From Octopus vulgaris (lineage: Eukaryota), in contig OX597818.1 in the NCBI GenBank assembly GCA_951406725.2, positions 72,230,001-72,294,000 on the forward strand: a DNA stretch of 64,000 nucleotides, given 5' to 3'. How positions within the stretch are numbered: position 1 is the first letter of the stretch; each line of letters opens with the position of its first letter. Below, in pieces: positions 53,209 through 64,000 of the stretch. The notes under the pieces were generated by a model. The model worked only from the letters and a program-made list of their open reading frames with translations. It was not told the DNA's origin and searched no databases. The translations under genes and the position numbers were made by a program.

Positions 53209-55724
53209 AAGTAAAACATTCCTACAGGAAACTGTCAACGGACTTTATACGACTTTACTAATTCACTGATCCTTTAATCATGGAATTACCTGATACTGAT
53301 GATTACTAATGTCCTCAATTAAGCCCTATCTTTCTATACTGTTAATCGCTATCCCTCAGGTGACAAACATGCATATACGTAACTGCCAACGGACTTAAAA
53401 CGACTTTATTAAATCTATGACTTAATTCATTAACTCTTTAATCATGAGATTACCTAATATAGTTGCCTCTCATTCTAACTGATGTCTACTAATATCCTCA
53501 ATTAAGGATCTGTCTTTCTAGTCAGTTTTACCTCGATCTCTTCTATAATGGAATACTTGGGTGACGTGAATTCGTTCACATTAACATGATGCAGCTGCTC
53601 AGATATTCCAGAAATAGTTGTAAGATACCTTACTCATCTACGCTTTATTTATGCTTTACTTGTATCCTTTATTATGAAGTAGATATCCTCAAGTGACACC
53701 AAAATGCCTTGTTAGTCTTCAATTTTGATACACACACACACACACACACGCGCATACACACACACGCTCGTACACACACACGCACATACACACACACACA
53801 CACATACGCACACGTTATAAACAAAGTTTGGAAACATCCAATTTGTTGGTATTTTACAGACAAGACAGTAAATTTCGAAGGTAGTATAGCTGCGAAATCA
53901 GCAGAGAAATATTTACTTTCTTGTGTGTAAAATATATATATTTATAGTAAAATAATCTCACACACACACACACACACACGCACATACACACACTGAATGA
54001 TAAAAAGTGCTCAGTACATGTTGCGGAATGTATTGTTAAAAAACGGAATGTTTGTCTCGCAACTTGAGTTTCATGTCCTTTCGATCTTCAGAGGAGTACA
54101 GTTACAGTTGGTGATGTAATTAGATTTGTTGGTGTAGGTGTGGTCTCATTGGTTTGCAATTTGCTATTTTTGGTTGATTGTTTAATTTTATTTTGTGTCC
54201 TGATGTTTACTTGCATTTGCTGAGGAGCAGTCATGCTTTTAATCTATTTTGTTATTGTATGTTTTGTCTAATTTTATTGGGTGGGTTGTGTATTTACTGA
54301 CTTTATCTGTTAATGTCATTGAATCTGTTATAATATCTTTTTGGATCGCCTCGAAATAAACAGACATAAAAGTTTTGAATAAAAACAATTTACATTAAAT
54401 TTCTTCTATAAAGAAGCCATTCAATTCTTTATTCTTGACCAAACAAAACATTAATCACATTAACAAAAGCCTATCAACCATGAAATACCTTTCAGAATAT
54501 GAGAAGCTTCTACAACCCATACCTTTAATTTAACATAAATTCTCAAAGATTACACGAATACATAAAAAAGAACAAGGCTCTAATATTTCTTAACTTTAAT
54601 GAATACAATGTTCTAGCAATGCATCAACATTTGCAAACACAACACGATAAACGCGAATACAAACTCAACCCAATCAGAATGCCATGAGATGTAAGCAAAT
54701 ACAATATTATTCTCCACACCATTTTCCTTTATCTTTTTTAGTTTCAGTGTCTTTCCTCTCTTTAAAACAAAACATTATTCTTCTTCGAATTTCTGTTGGG
54801 AATTGATCAATTTTGAACAATTAAAATCTTTTAAAAGAGTCGACCATCGCCACTTAGGTGTCCTAGAAGTGACCTGTTTTAGACCTGTTTTCAGAGGATG
54901 ATTCACAACAGTACACCGCGGCATCTGCTTAGTGACCAAAGGGAAAGGCCATCTCTTGGAGCCATTTCATATTGCGCTCTTGATGTGTCACGTGAAACTT
55001 CTTTCCCTGTACATAATGACACTCTATTCATTGCATCAAAAGCGAGAATTGTTGAGAGGTACTCTTTTTAAACTGGGACCTAGGAGAGCTGTCTAGGAGC
55101 ACACAGAAAACATAACAGTGTTGGATATTGCAGAAGTAAATTTAGTTAGAACATTTCTAAAAGTATACAAGGTGGTAGTAAGTAGAAAATATAATCTGGA
55201 TAATACAGTCGGTTTACGATTCGGTACGTGGAGAAGGAGGCACAAGCAGCCAAAATTCTGGTTATGGCGAGTGAAAAATCTTTTAGATCCAGTATTAGAA
55301 ATAAATGAGGAAACTCTTCATCCCCTAATAGGTAGTAGTGCATGTTCATTGTGCTATGAGGAAGATATGCAGATGAAAATTCAAGAATGAGTGGTGAAAA
55401 CAGAAAAGGGGGAAAAAAGAATGAAATCACAGAAACAAAAGACAACATAAAATAAGGAAAACAGGTGAAGAGGAACAATATTTTCCAAAAGACAATGGCA
55501 TCCCTTTTCAGGCAACTGAAGAAGAAAATGAACTAAGAGTCAATGTTTGAAAATCCAAGAAGCAACTAATAGATAAAATTGCACATATCTGATACCAAGG
55601 CTTTTTCAAAAACGTTACAGTGATATAAACTCAGTTAGGCTCAGAATCTAAACAGCATGCAGGACATAGGTTATTAGCACAAGTAAGACTTTACTTCAAA
55701 CTTAAACGAGATTACCCTCATAAT

Positions 55725-55928
55725 CCTCTCTACGATAGGCACAAGGCTCGAAATTTTGGTGCAAACGGGACTAATCGATTACACTGACTCCAGTACACAA
55801 CCAATATATATTTTAATGACCCTGAAAGGAAAAAGGCAATTTCAACCTCTGCAGAATTTGAACTCAGAACATGAATCAGAAGAAATGCTGCTAAGCATTA
55901 TTGTTCTGCATGCTAACGATTTCGCCTT
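55725..55928 (-). mobile_element. SINE family B, diverged
   Basis: taggcacaaggc...gaccctgaaagg...aatttgaactcagaac. Confidence 0.65.
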
Positions 55929-57212
55929 GACTATCACCGTAATGGTGTTTTTCTCAAAAAATGGAATCAATAAAATAAAATAGCAGTAAAGAAGGTGGGT
56001 CGACTAATTTTCTCCCTTTAAAAATTGCTGGCCTCGTGTCTAAATTAGAACCGATTATTATTATTACTTTTATTCGAGCTCAGTGAATTTGAAGTGTCTC
56101 CAGAGTGGCGGGGAAAAGATTTGCAGTATTTATTCATGAGCTCTACGTTCTGAATTCAAATTCTAGCGAGGCTAACATTGCTTTACGTTTGTTTGGCTTC
56201 GGTAAAATGAAGTTCAACATAAGTACAGAGTTGGACGTAATTCACTTGCCCTCTCTCTTCAAATTTGATGTTCCATATATATTTGGGTTCGATAAAGTGA
56301 GTACCAGTCAACTTCTGCATTAGATATAACCATATATGAACTTACCCTCTACGTTTAAAAATCTCTGTTGCTTTGTACATCAGTTAGAAAGCAATAATGT
56401 TTTTATTTGAAATCTTGTGATTTTCATGTAATATTTTCGTTTTTTAAATTTCATTCATGAACACATTACATATAGAAATTCTTTTAAAAAATGTATTACT
56501 TTTATTTAAACTTATGTCACTTATTTTATATTTTTAAAAAAAGATTTTTGATAGTTCAGCATTTTATTTTAACCGTTTGACGTCGAGAAAAAAAAAAGGT
56601 AAAAACATAAGTGAACACCAACAAAATTAAAAAAAAATATATCTTAATTATATATCCTTTGTCAGAAATGTTTCGTTTGTTACAGAAAAAACAGATTTAA
56701 TTTTATCAATAAATGAGGAGGTAAAAAAAAAGCCGTAAATGCAGTAAGAAATATCGTCTTACGTGCCAAGTTATGAAAAATGTAAAGTTACGTATAATAT
56801 CAACTAAACTTTACCATTAAAAGAAAACTTCAAACTTTCAGAAAACGTATAAAACAAAATAACATCTAACCTTATGAGAGACACAAGTGAAGAATAATAA
56901 AATATTTATTATAAAATCTTTCTATTTTTTTTGGTTAAGTCTTCATGCCATAAGGAATCAAAGAATTGTTCCATTTGAATTTACAGACATTTATATAATA
57001 TTTATAGTTATTCTACCAAAGGTGTGCATGTAGTTGTCTGAAATGCTGGTGCCTGGTTTCTTTTAGCTGTATTGTGATTGGACATGAATGTGAAATACGT
57101 ACGTATTAATATATTTGAACGTGCGTATAAATTCATACATACATACATACATACATATATATATATATTACACACACACACACACACATATATATATATG
57201 CACATATACATA

Positions 57213-57279
<67 letters not shown>

Positions 57280-57284
<5 letters not shown>

Positions 57285-57948
57285 AGGGCATTATTACACA
57301 TAAATGCCTCACACTAAGAGGGACATAAGTCATTACTACCAAAAAATTTCACTAATCATACCCAATGCAGTTTTTCAAAGCAACACATTTAAAACATGAA
57401 TTAAAGTCCTATATCACCTGTGATTTCGCACTCACCGCATAAAAAATGCGTCCATGCTCATCGGTAGAACTGATTCTGAACACATCATGAATAAACGACC
57501 AACACCGTCGAAGCCGAACAGGCAACTGCTCTCTCCAACGAAGCACATGGAGATGTTTATAAATCATATATTCGGTAAATGGCGGGCTTCGACGGTGTTG
57601 GTCGTTTATTCATGATGTGTTCAGAATCAATTCTACCGATGAGCATGGACGCATTTTTTATGCGGTGAGTGCGAAATTACAGGTGATATAGGACTAAATT
57701 CATTTTTTAAATGTGTTGCTTTGAAAAACTGCATTGGGTATGATTAGTGAAATTTTTTGGTAGTAATGACTTATGTCCCTCTTAGTGTGAGGCATTTATG
57801 TGTAATAATGCCCTCTATATAATATAAATTAATATGTTCAAAAGAAAAAAATTATTTTCGAATTTTTTCTCTTATGAGGTTTTTCACGCTAACTACCTGA
57901 TAATTTCTTGTTAAGATTCCTTATTAAGAAGTTATCCTTAATTGCTAA
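57280..57948 (+). mobile_element. Fold-back insertion in (TA)n: ~235-bp arms (57280-57515 / 57585-57819), 69-nt loop, ~130-nt tail
   Basis: Near-perfect reverse complementarity with few mismatches; a hammerhead in each arm. Confidence 0.9.
57631..57693 (+). ncRNA. Type I hammerhead-like ribozyme (CCGATGA core, AUA site), mirrored on the minus strand in the left arm
   Basis: ttcta-CCGATGA-gcat..cgcat-tttt-atgcg..gtgc-GAAA-ttac-ag-gtga-TA-tagga; all three stems pair. Confidence 0.68.
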
Positions 57949-58033
<85 letters not shown>

Positions 58034-58079
58034 TATATATATGTATGTACATATATGTAATTATTTATGTGTATAGTAT

Positions 58080-58285
58080 CGGTTTCAAATTTTGGCAGAA
58101 GATCAGAAAATTTGAGGGAAGGGGAAGTCGACTACATCGTCTCCAAGGCTCAAATGGTGCTTATTTTATCGACCCCAAAAGGCAAAATCGATCCCGGTGG
58201 ATTTTTGAGCTCAGAACATAAAGACGAGCGAAATGGCGCTAAGTATTTTGCCCAGAGTTCTAACAACTTTGTCGGTTTGCTGCTC
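58080..58285 (-). mobile_element. SINE family B, diverged
   Basis: tttatcgaccccaaaaggcaaaatcga...gagctcagaac. Confidence 0.6.
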
Positions 58286-58622
58286 CATTTATGGATTTAA
58301 TATTAGTTCTTCATATACAGATTACCATTCGTTTTATACTAGAAGCTGATCTTAAGCAGGTCTGTATAGAAAAGTCTTACAACATTCGGATGACTCTAAA
58401 TAAGAAATTATACATATGCTATATGACTTACACTGAAATTTTGTTTAATGTGAGAAAGTCTGTGACATAGCCAAGTCGAAATTAATTTCCATGTAGTGAA
58501 GAACTGGCCGAGTCAAAAAGTGTAACTCTGTTAGGAACTTAGTTATAAAATTTTTCTATTGCATTTTGCGTAATAAAAAAAGCAAAGTGATTACAAAATT
58601 AATCAAAAAGTGGTCTCTAATA

Positions 58623-58928
58623 GAAATATTAATATTTCTAAATCTCTCTAAAGGAGACTACGGCAGCGGTACTGGATATTAATAGTTATCGCCAAGCTAA
58701 CATGGCAGTCCAGGAAAATAGGACGAATGCTGCCGTTGATTAGCTCCAAGACGCCATCGCCTCTAGCTAGCTATGTAACACACTACCTCCACTGTTCGAA
58801 GGTTGTAATGGACACAGGTTCGTGTGTCACATAGCTAGCTAAAGGCGATGGCTTCTTGGAGCTAATCAACGGCAGCATTCGTCCTATTTTCCTGGACTGC
58901 CATATTAACTTGGCAATAACTATTAATA
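58623..58928. mobile_element. Fold-back insertion (~108-bp arms 58676-58783 / 58822-58929, ~53-nt tail) with a 12-bp flanking direct repeat
   Basis: tggtctctaata at 58611-58622 and 58929-58940. Arms atggcagtccaggaaaataggacgaatgctgccgttgattagctccaag and its reverse complement. Confidence 0.82.
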
Positions 58929-60216
58929 TGGTCTCTAATATTTTTCTTAAAATGTTCTAAATTTGGTTCTACATGTAATGTAATACTATCCTTTCAGAAA
59001 GGGAAAAATGGTTAGAAGGGATTTGAGGAACCAGAAAACTTGGGTAAAATGAAATCGAAGCAGTGAAAAGACAGAACGAAAGAAAGTTGACAATTGATTT
59101 ACGTCGACATGCGCGGGTGAAATCAATATTTTGGGGGACTGGCGGTTGTCCATGTATTCATGGCTCCTTTTAAACGCCATTGACGTTGTCCATGAAAAGG
59201 GTGCAAACTTGGGCTAATGCAACGTGGCACCTGATCAATCTCAGGCGTTCTTGCCGGAACACAAATGGTCGAATCAGTTATTTTTCTAAATATTCTGACA
59301 GTCTTTATCAGCTCCGAGACGATGAGAGGCAACGCTGATCTCGGCCGTACTTGAACTTACAGTGCTTAGAATAGCAACATATATCACGATATTTTATATG
59401 AAACACCGTAAAACTCTCTCAATTTGCCATGTTAAACGTATAGATACTTACTGAAATATAAGGCTATACGAAGGCAAACGTGCGCACACACACCGATACA
59501 CACATATACACAAATATATCCATATCTCATACAATGTATTTATATCTCATAAAAAAATGTAAAACATATTTAATCATCAACACATTTTAGTGAAATCCTT
59601 TCATTATGTATATGTAATAGTATATTGAATGTACGTGTGCATGTACATATAGATACAAGCATAGTTATATAGCTGTAATCATGTATATAGTTTATGCAAC
59701 CCTATACGTGTGTATGTATTTGAATGTATATATATATATAATATCTAGATATGTACATATAAACATATGCATATATACATGTATATGTATTTACACACAC
59801 ACACATACACATAATGTGTTAAATATACATTATTGACTGTCGTTTTACGCCGCAGTTACTCATTTTAAATAGCAAAAAATTATATTTCCATTTTACTTTT
59901 CTTACTATATTTATTAAATTCACTTTTACCGTATCTTTTTAAAAAATTCTACTTCTATAGATTTGAATAAATGTTTTTCGGCAGCGAACAGTTTGCATAG
60001 GAAAAAAAATTACTACTCGGTTTAATTTAAACATATTGAGACGAGATCTGAGGTCAGTAGTGAACAGTGATTTTTGGATGTTAGGTACAAATACGTAAGT
60101 CTGGTGTAATAAATAGAATGATGCAGTAACTGATATTATGTAACATGTATAGTTACGTAATAGTAATGCGATATAATACGTGTGTACTTGTTATAATCAC
60201 TTTGAAGTTATATGTA

Positions 60217-60261
<45 letters not shown>

Positions 60262-60476
60262 CAATATATAATACAAACATATCCGCTTCCAACCACAGGC
60301 AAACACTCAGATACAGACACACAGACATTTAGCCACAAAAATGCATATATGTGTACTAGTGTGTGTATGTGTATGTATTTTGTGGTATCTCAAAAGGGTC
60401 CGGATGCCAATAATAAATACATGCACTGGTTGTATTTCATTTCTTTCATTATCATCATCATCATCATCATCATTAT

Positions 60477-60511
<35 letters not shown>

Positions 60512-60514
60512 TTA

Positions 60515-60561
<47 letters not shown>

Positions 60562-61000
60562 GAGTGAAAGAGCAGTTCATGCCATCAAAATGACACTGGG
60601 GTAAAATATACGAAGCCCAATATACCCATCATGACTACCCGTCTGATAAGGGTACACCAGGCACATGCATCACAGCCATATGTGCGCGACATGGTGATCT
60701 CATATCAAGATAAACAGCACATGACCTTGCAGGTGGGGCCCAGTTAGAAATTTCTTCTAGTCGAGTAGCCCGTCCCGCTCAAAAGGTCCCTGAATAAGGA
60801 TTGTTTAAGGATGTTGAAAGAACCACCCATGTTTCCAGAGGTGAATTATTCAAACCCCAAAGAATCCCTCTCAACACATGGCTATGATGCTCCCCCACTA
60901 CTGCTTGTGATCAGAGATGCACATATCGTCAGCTACTAAGGGACATGCTCAACTGGTTAAGGTCAAACAACTGACAAGCAAATATGTGGTATTGAGCAGA
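60562..61000 (-). mobile_element. Repeat family C, copy 4 (truncated; partial restart at 61001-61048)
   Basis: (ATT)n-gagtgaaagagcagttcatgccatc..., same orientation as copy 1. Confidence 0.85.
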
Positions 61001-61772
61001 GACTGGGGTAAAATATGCGAAGCCCAGTATACCCATCATGACTACCCGCAAACGATCAGCGTTAAAAACTTTAATATCTGGGGATACCTGACCTTTCGAA
61101 AATGTAAACATCCATTATATTCTAAGAACACTGCAGTTTTCTCTTATCGGACATACAAAAGATCATCTTTAGTGAATTTTAAAACTTTAATATCTACAAT
61201 TTTCTGTGAAAATTTTACCCGCCTCTTCTTTCCTTTCATTTCTCCCTGAGTATTCAAAAATGTAAACATCCTTTTTATTGCAAAAACACAACAGTCTTTT
61301 CTGATCGGACATACAAACGAACATCTCAAGAAAATTTAAAAATCTATATTATCTACAATTTTGTCTGAAAGTTTCATCTTTCTTTTCTCCCTGTCTGCCC
61401 GAATATGTAAACATACTTTTATGTATAAGTTTATGCATATGTATGTAGGCAAAAGGATATGAAAGTAAACAGGTAGACATACAGACGGATAGGTACATAG
61501 GTAATATGAACAGACAAGCACACATACACACATACGTACGCCAATGAAGACTTAAACACATGATCATATATATACACTCTTCGCTTCATACACGGACACA
61601 TATGGAGACACATATCCACACATATGGAGATACGCATTCATACAAACGTATACATATATATACATATATGCATACACACACATACATACATGAATACACA
61701 CATGTATGCATAGATACATACATCATACATACATGCATACATATGTATGCGCACATACACTGACTCACACAC

Positions 61773-61825
<53 letters not shown>

Positions 61826-61830
<5 letters not shown>

Positions 61831-62028
61831 ATATAGAAGGAGCTTCTACAGGACTAGAACTGTTTCATTCAAGAGAAATCTTCAGGAAGCCCTGAGCTTC
61901 CTGAAGATTTCTCTTGAATGAAACAGTTCTAGTCCTGTAGAAGCTCCTTCTATATAATAAATTAATTTTACTCTGCTATGTATTGAGTACCTTATTTACT
62001 GTGGTTAACCCCGAATCAACCCGGGACC

Positions 62029-62031
<3 letters not shown>
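61826..62031 (+). mobile_element. Fold-back insertion in (TA)n: perfect 65-bp arms (61826-61890 / 61896-61960), 5-nt loop, ~70-nt tail
   Basis: Exact reverse complement; the arm is essentially one hammerhead. Confidence 0.9.
61894..61946 (+). ncRNA. Type I hammerhead ribozyme (GUA site)
   Basis: gagcttc-CTGAAGA-t-ttc-tctt-gaa-t-GAAA-cag-ttctagtc-ctg-TA-gaagctc; 7-bp stem I. Confidence 0.78.
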
Positions 62032-62077
<46 letters not shown>

Positions 62078-62080
<3 letters not shown>

Positions 62081-62464
62081 AGTGGGTGTGTGGTAAGTAA
62101 CTTGATTACCAGCCACATAGTTCCGGGTACAGTGCCACTGCTTGGCACCTTGGCCAAGTGTCTTCTACTATAGCCTCGGGCCGAATAAAGCCTTGTGAGT
62201 AGATTTGGTAGACGGAAAACTGTAAGAAGCTCGTCGTATATACATATATGTGTGTTTGTGTGTCTGTGTTTGTCTAACCACCATCGCTTGACAACCGATG
62301 TTGGTGTCTTTACGTCCCCGTAACTTGGCGGTTCGGCAAAAATACCCGATAGAATAAGTACAAGGGTTACAAAGAATAAGTCCTGGGATCAATTTCTTCG
62401 ACTAAAGGCGGTGCTCCAGCATGGACGCAGTCAAAATGACTGAAGCAGATAAAAGAATAAAGGA

Positions 62465-62466
<2 letters not shown>
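62078..62466 (+). mobile_element. SINE family A, near full length
   Basis: ggagtgggtgtgtggtaag head, core and 3' tail. Confidence 0.8.
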
Positions 62467-62503
<37 letters not shown>

Positions 62504-63119
62504 ATATATATGTGTATATATGAATAAAATCAAAATAAGCAACAGGATATCAAGAGGTGATACAGTACGACCGTTTCAAGCGGCTCTATATTTAATTGTA
62601 CGTTACATGAATTTAAATGCAGTGCTCTCCCCATCTGCATAAATAGAGTTTATAATCAGTTGGACACATAAATATAATTTTACTCAAATTCTCTAGTAGA
62701 GCAAGAAGAGGGAAATACATTTTTAATATCCTTTGCCGCCACTACAACTTTGCTTTGTCTAAAGCAGGATACGACAGAGGAGATATTTTTCTTACTCCTG
62801 AAAGTATAACACCTAATTATAGTGAAAATAATGAGATTTTAATTGATAGGTGGAATTTAAACTTTCTTAGTCGGGAAAACCTATCGACTTGAAAAGCATC
62901 CAGCAAACCCATGAATTTAAATAAAAAATATGCAACAACAGGAAATTAGATGCTATAACAAGTAGGAATTTTAGTTTAGAAAATAAGGGTAGTGAAGGGA
63001 ATCGACAGGTTGCTCTACCCTATAAGGATAAGAAAAATACTGGTAATAGAGACATTCCTAATAATCAAGTCACGATTTTGAGAGGCGTTGAGAGATCAGG
63101 TAGATTCTGCCCTTACATG

Positions 63120-63400
63120 CGTCGTAAGTCTGAAATATAAGGTCTTGATTTGGTATAATGTTCACTTCAACTGCGCCATATTCATAAACATATATAGGAA
63201 ATTTATGACAATTTTAGAAAAAAATTCCCTGCTTCCCATAGGGATTACAGAATTTTTTCCACTAAGACAGTTAGAATCTCATATTCTACTCTCCCCAATA
63301 TGGGTACCATCATAGCAAGGTTAAATAGAAGGAATATTAAATTAGCAAGAGTTGGTAATAATAATAATAGTGTTACTGTCAACGCTAACTTAAACCCCCT
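63120..63400 (+). pseudogene. PLE linker-region fragment from a divergent family; the element probably spans ~62520-63800
   Basis: With one frameshift, IWYNVHFNCAIFINIYRKFMTILEKN/PASHRDYRIFSTKTVRISYSTLPNMGTII parallels IWFTPPYS...NIGKYFLALIDRHFP.NH...LFNRHNLKISFSSTTNFKNII. Confidence 0.6.
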
Positions 63401-63617
63401 ACAATATGAATAATAATATTAATGGTGTGACGTAGAAAATAGAAACAGTGGTACTAACGCTTCTAATATATACAATATAGACTGTAGCTCTGAGGTCTAT
63501 ACTAGCACAGAGACTACTGATACACCTGATGATGCTGAGATGAATGTGAATGATAATACAATTGAAGGATGGAGAGGTGATATCAGATATGAAAATAACA
63601 CATAGAATAGTAGTAGG

Positions 63618-63694
<77 letters not shown>

Positions 63695-63834
63695 ATTCAC
63701 TAGTACAACACAAAAAAACCCAAATATATGGCACACTAGGCATAACAACATGAACTTCCAACCTGTTGTCTCTTGAGGTATCTGGGTGAGACTTGGAGTC
63801 AACTTGTACAAATATAAAGCAAAAGTCTAACAAA

Positions 63835-63951
<117 letters not shown>

Positions 63952-64000
63952 TATTGATAATAATAATAATGGCATGAATATCAATAACATCAATCGTAGT

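Noticed and set aside
53225-53520. Diverged ~150-bp direct repeat (similar case at 61060-61420)
   Set aside because: Old local duplication with no termini, ORF or structure.
54055-54100. Minus-strand CTGAAGA...GAAA-ctc...gag motif
   Set aside because: No stem I pairing and no UH triplet; at best a decayed ribozyme.
58986-59360. Unique-looking sequence with short ORFs
   Set aside because: No recognisable domain or consistent splice-site pair in any frame.
62555-62670. Minus-strand hammerhead-like motif upstream of the PLE fragment
   Set aside because: The core reads CTGATTA (G8 lost) and stem I does not pair, so it is not supportable as a ribozyme.

Overview
Eukaryotic, AT-rich, repeat-saturated intergenic or intronic DNA. 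The extreme microsatellite density and the SINE families suggest a coleoid cephalopod, probably Octopus (inference). I found no host protein-coding gene I can support, and nearly all ORF-track entries are translated microsatellites. Recognisable content: Penelope-like retroelements (PLE; RT plus GIY-YIG) and their hammerhead-ribozyme-bearing 3' ends, a pogo DD35D transposon, two maT-type Tc1/mariner elements, non-autonomous Helitrons (one exact head-to-tail CTAG|TC junction), RTE and L1/Tx1 LINE fragments, several SINE families, and a ~555-bp element that sits in (TAA)n. The most striking pattern is about ten fold-back (hairpin) insertions with arms from 21 bp to at least 1.5 kb. Most lie in (TA)n tracts and share one layout: an inverted copy, then a sense copy that runs on into an unpaired 3' tail, often with a hammerhead ribozyme. 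Three of those hammerheads have CCGAnGA instead of CUGAnGA. All coordinates and alignments were read by eye.
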